Assembly: GCF_018350175.1 (NCBI RefSeq)
Contig: NC_058368.1
Coordinates: 209,066,001-209,130,000, forward strand
DNA length: 64,000 nucleotides
Origin: Felis catus
Taxonomy: Eukaryota
Direction of reading: 5' to 3'
The notes under the pieces were generated by a model. That model was not told where the DNA came from. It worked only from the letters and a program-made list of their open reading frames with translations, and did no database searches. Positions 63,676 through 64,000 of this stretch are shown piece after piece; within the stretch, counting starts at the first letter, position 1, and each line of letters starts with the position of its first letter. The translations under genes and the position numbers were made by a program.

Positions 63676-64000
63676 AAGAATACTAAAAAATTCATCAGAG
63701 ATGCCCAAAATTCAAAACACCTTATCTCAGTCTCACTCCTAGCCTTAGGACTTCTGCCTCCTATCCTGAATGGCTATGGGGGTCTTTGTGTGAATGCCTG
63801 TTTGGCAGCCACTTACTCACCATGGTGAATAGATGGTCTAAAAGTGATACAATATGCTTTTTATACCTTCAAGACAATCAACAAACTCCTTAAAGTTTTC
63901 TTTGCAGACAATATAAGAACAACGTAGATGAGTAACACAGGGTATGGAAAAATTTGGCTGAGTAACCAATGTATATAGATTCTCATAGGCATGAGCAATT

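Noticed and set aside
1..64000. A novel multi-gene system (defence island, CRISPR, retron or operon) around the reverse transcriptase
   Set aside because: The RT is an ordinary LINE-1 ORF2 in a mammalian intron. There are no operons, spacer arrays or prokaryotic genes.

Overview
This window is mammalian, not microbial. It is felid (cat-family) genomic DNA, judged from about 35 tRNA-derived CAN-SINEs (SINEC, including the young CpG-rich felid type) and carnivore L1s. It lies inside the WDR70 gene on the minus strand, with two short coding exons visible (46899-47052, 154 nt; 18446-18522, 77 nt). These have canonical AG/GT sites and matching phases and are separated by a 28.4-kb intron. The rest is intron, mostly transposable elements: a near full-length L1 at 1-5002 (ORF1 open, ORF2 disabled), truncated, inverted and nested L1s, SINECs with target-site duplications (TSDs), solo LTRs, MaLR LTRs, an ERVL-class pol relic, Tigger/hAT DNA transposons, L2/MIR relics and microsatellites. 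I found no new multi-gene system. The best second-look items are a 41-bp hairpin fully paired only in the transcribed strand (54067-54168), an L2 fragment apparently retroposed into an L1, two unexplained local duplications, a telomere-like spacer between head-to-head L1 ends, one target site reused three or four times, two candidate short L1 3' transductions, and a roughly 31:4 antisense SINE bias. Repeat family names come from recalled consensus sequences, and boundaries without TSDs are approximate.
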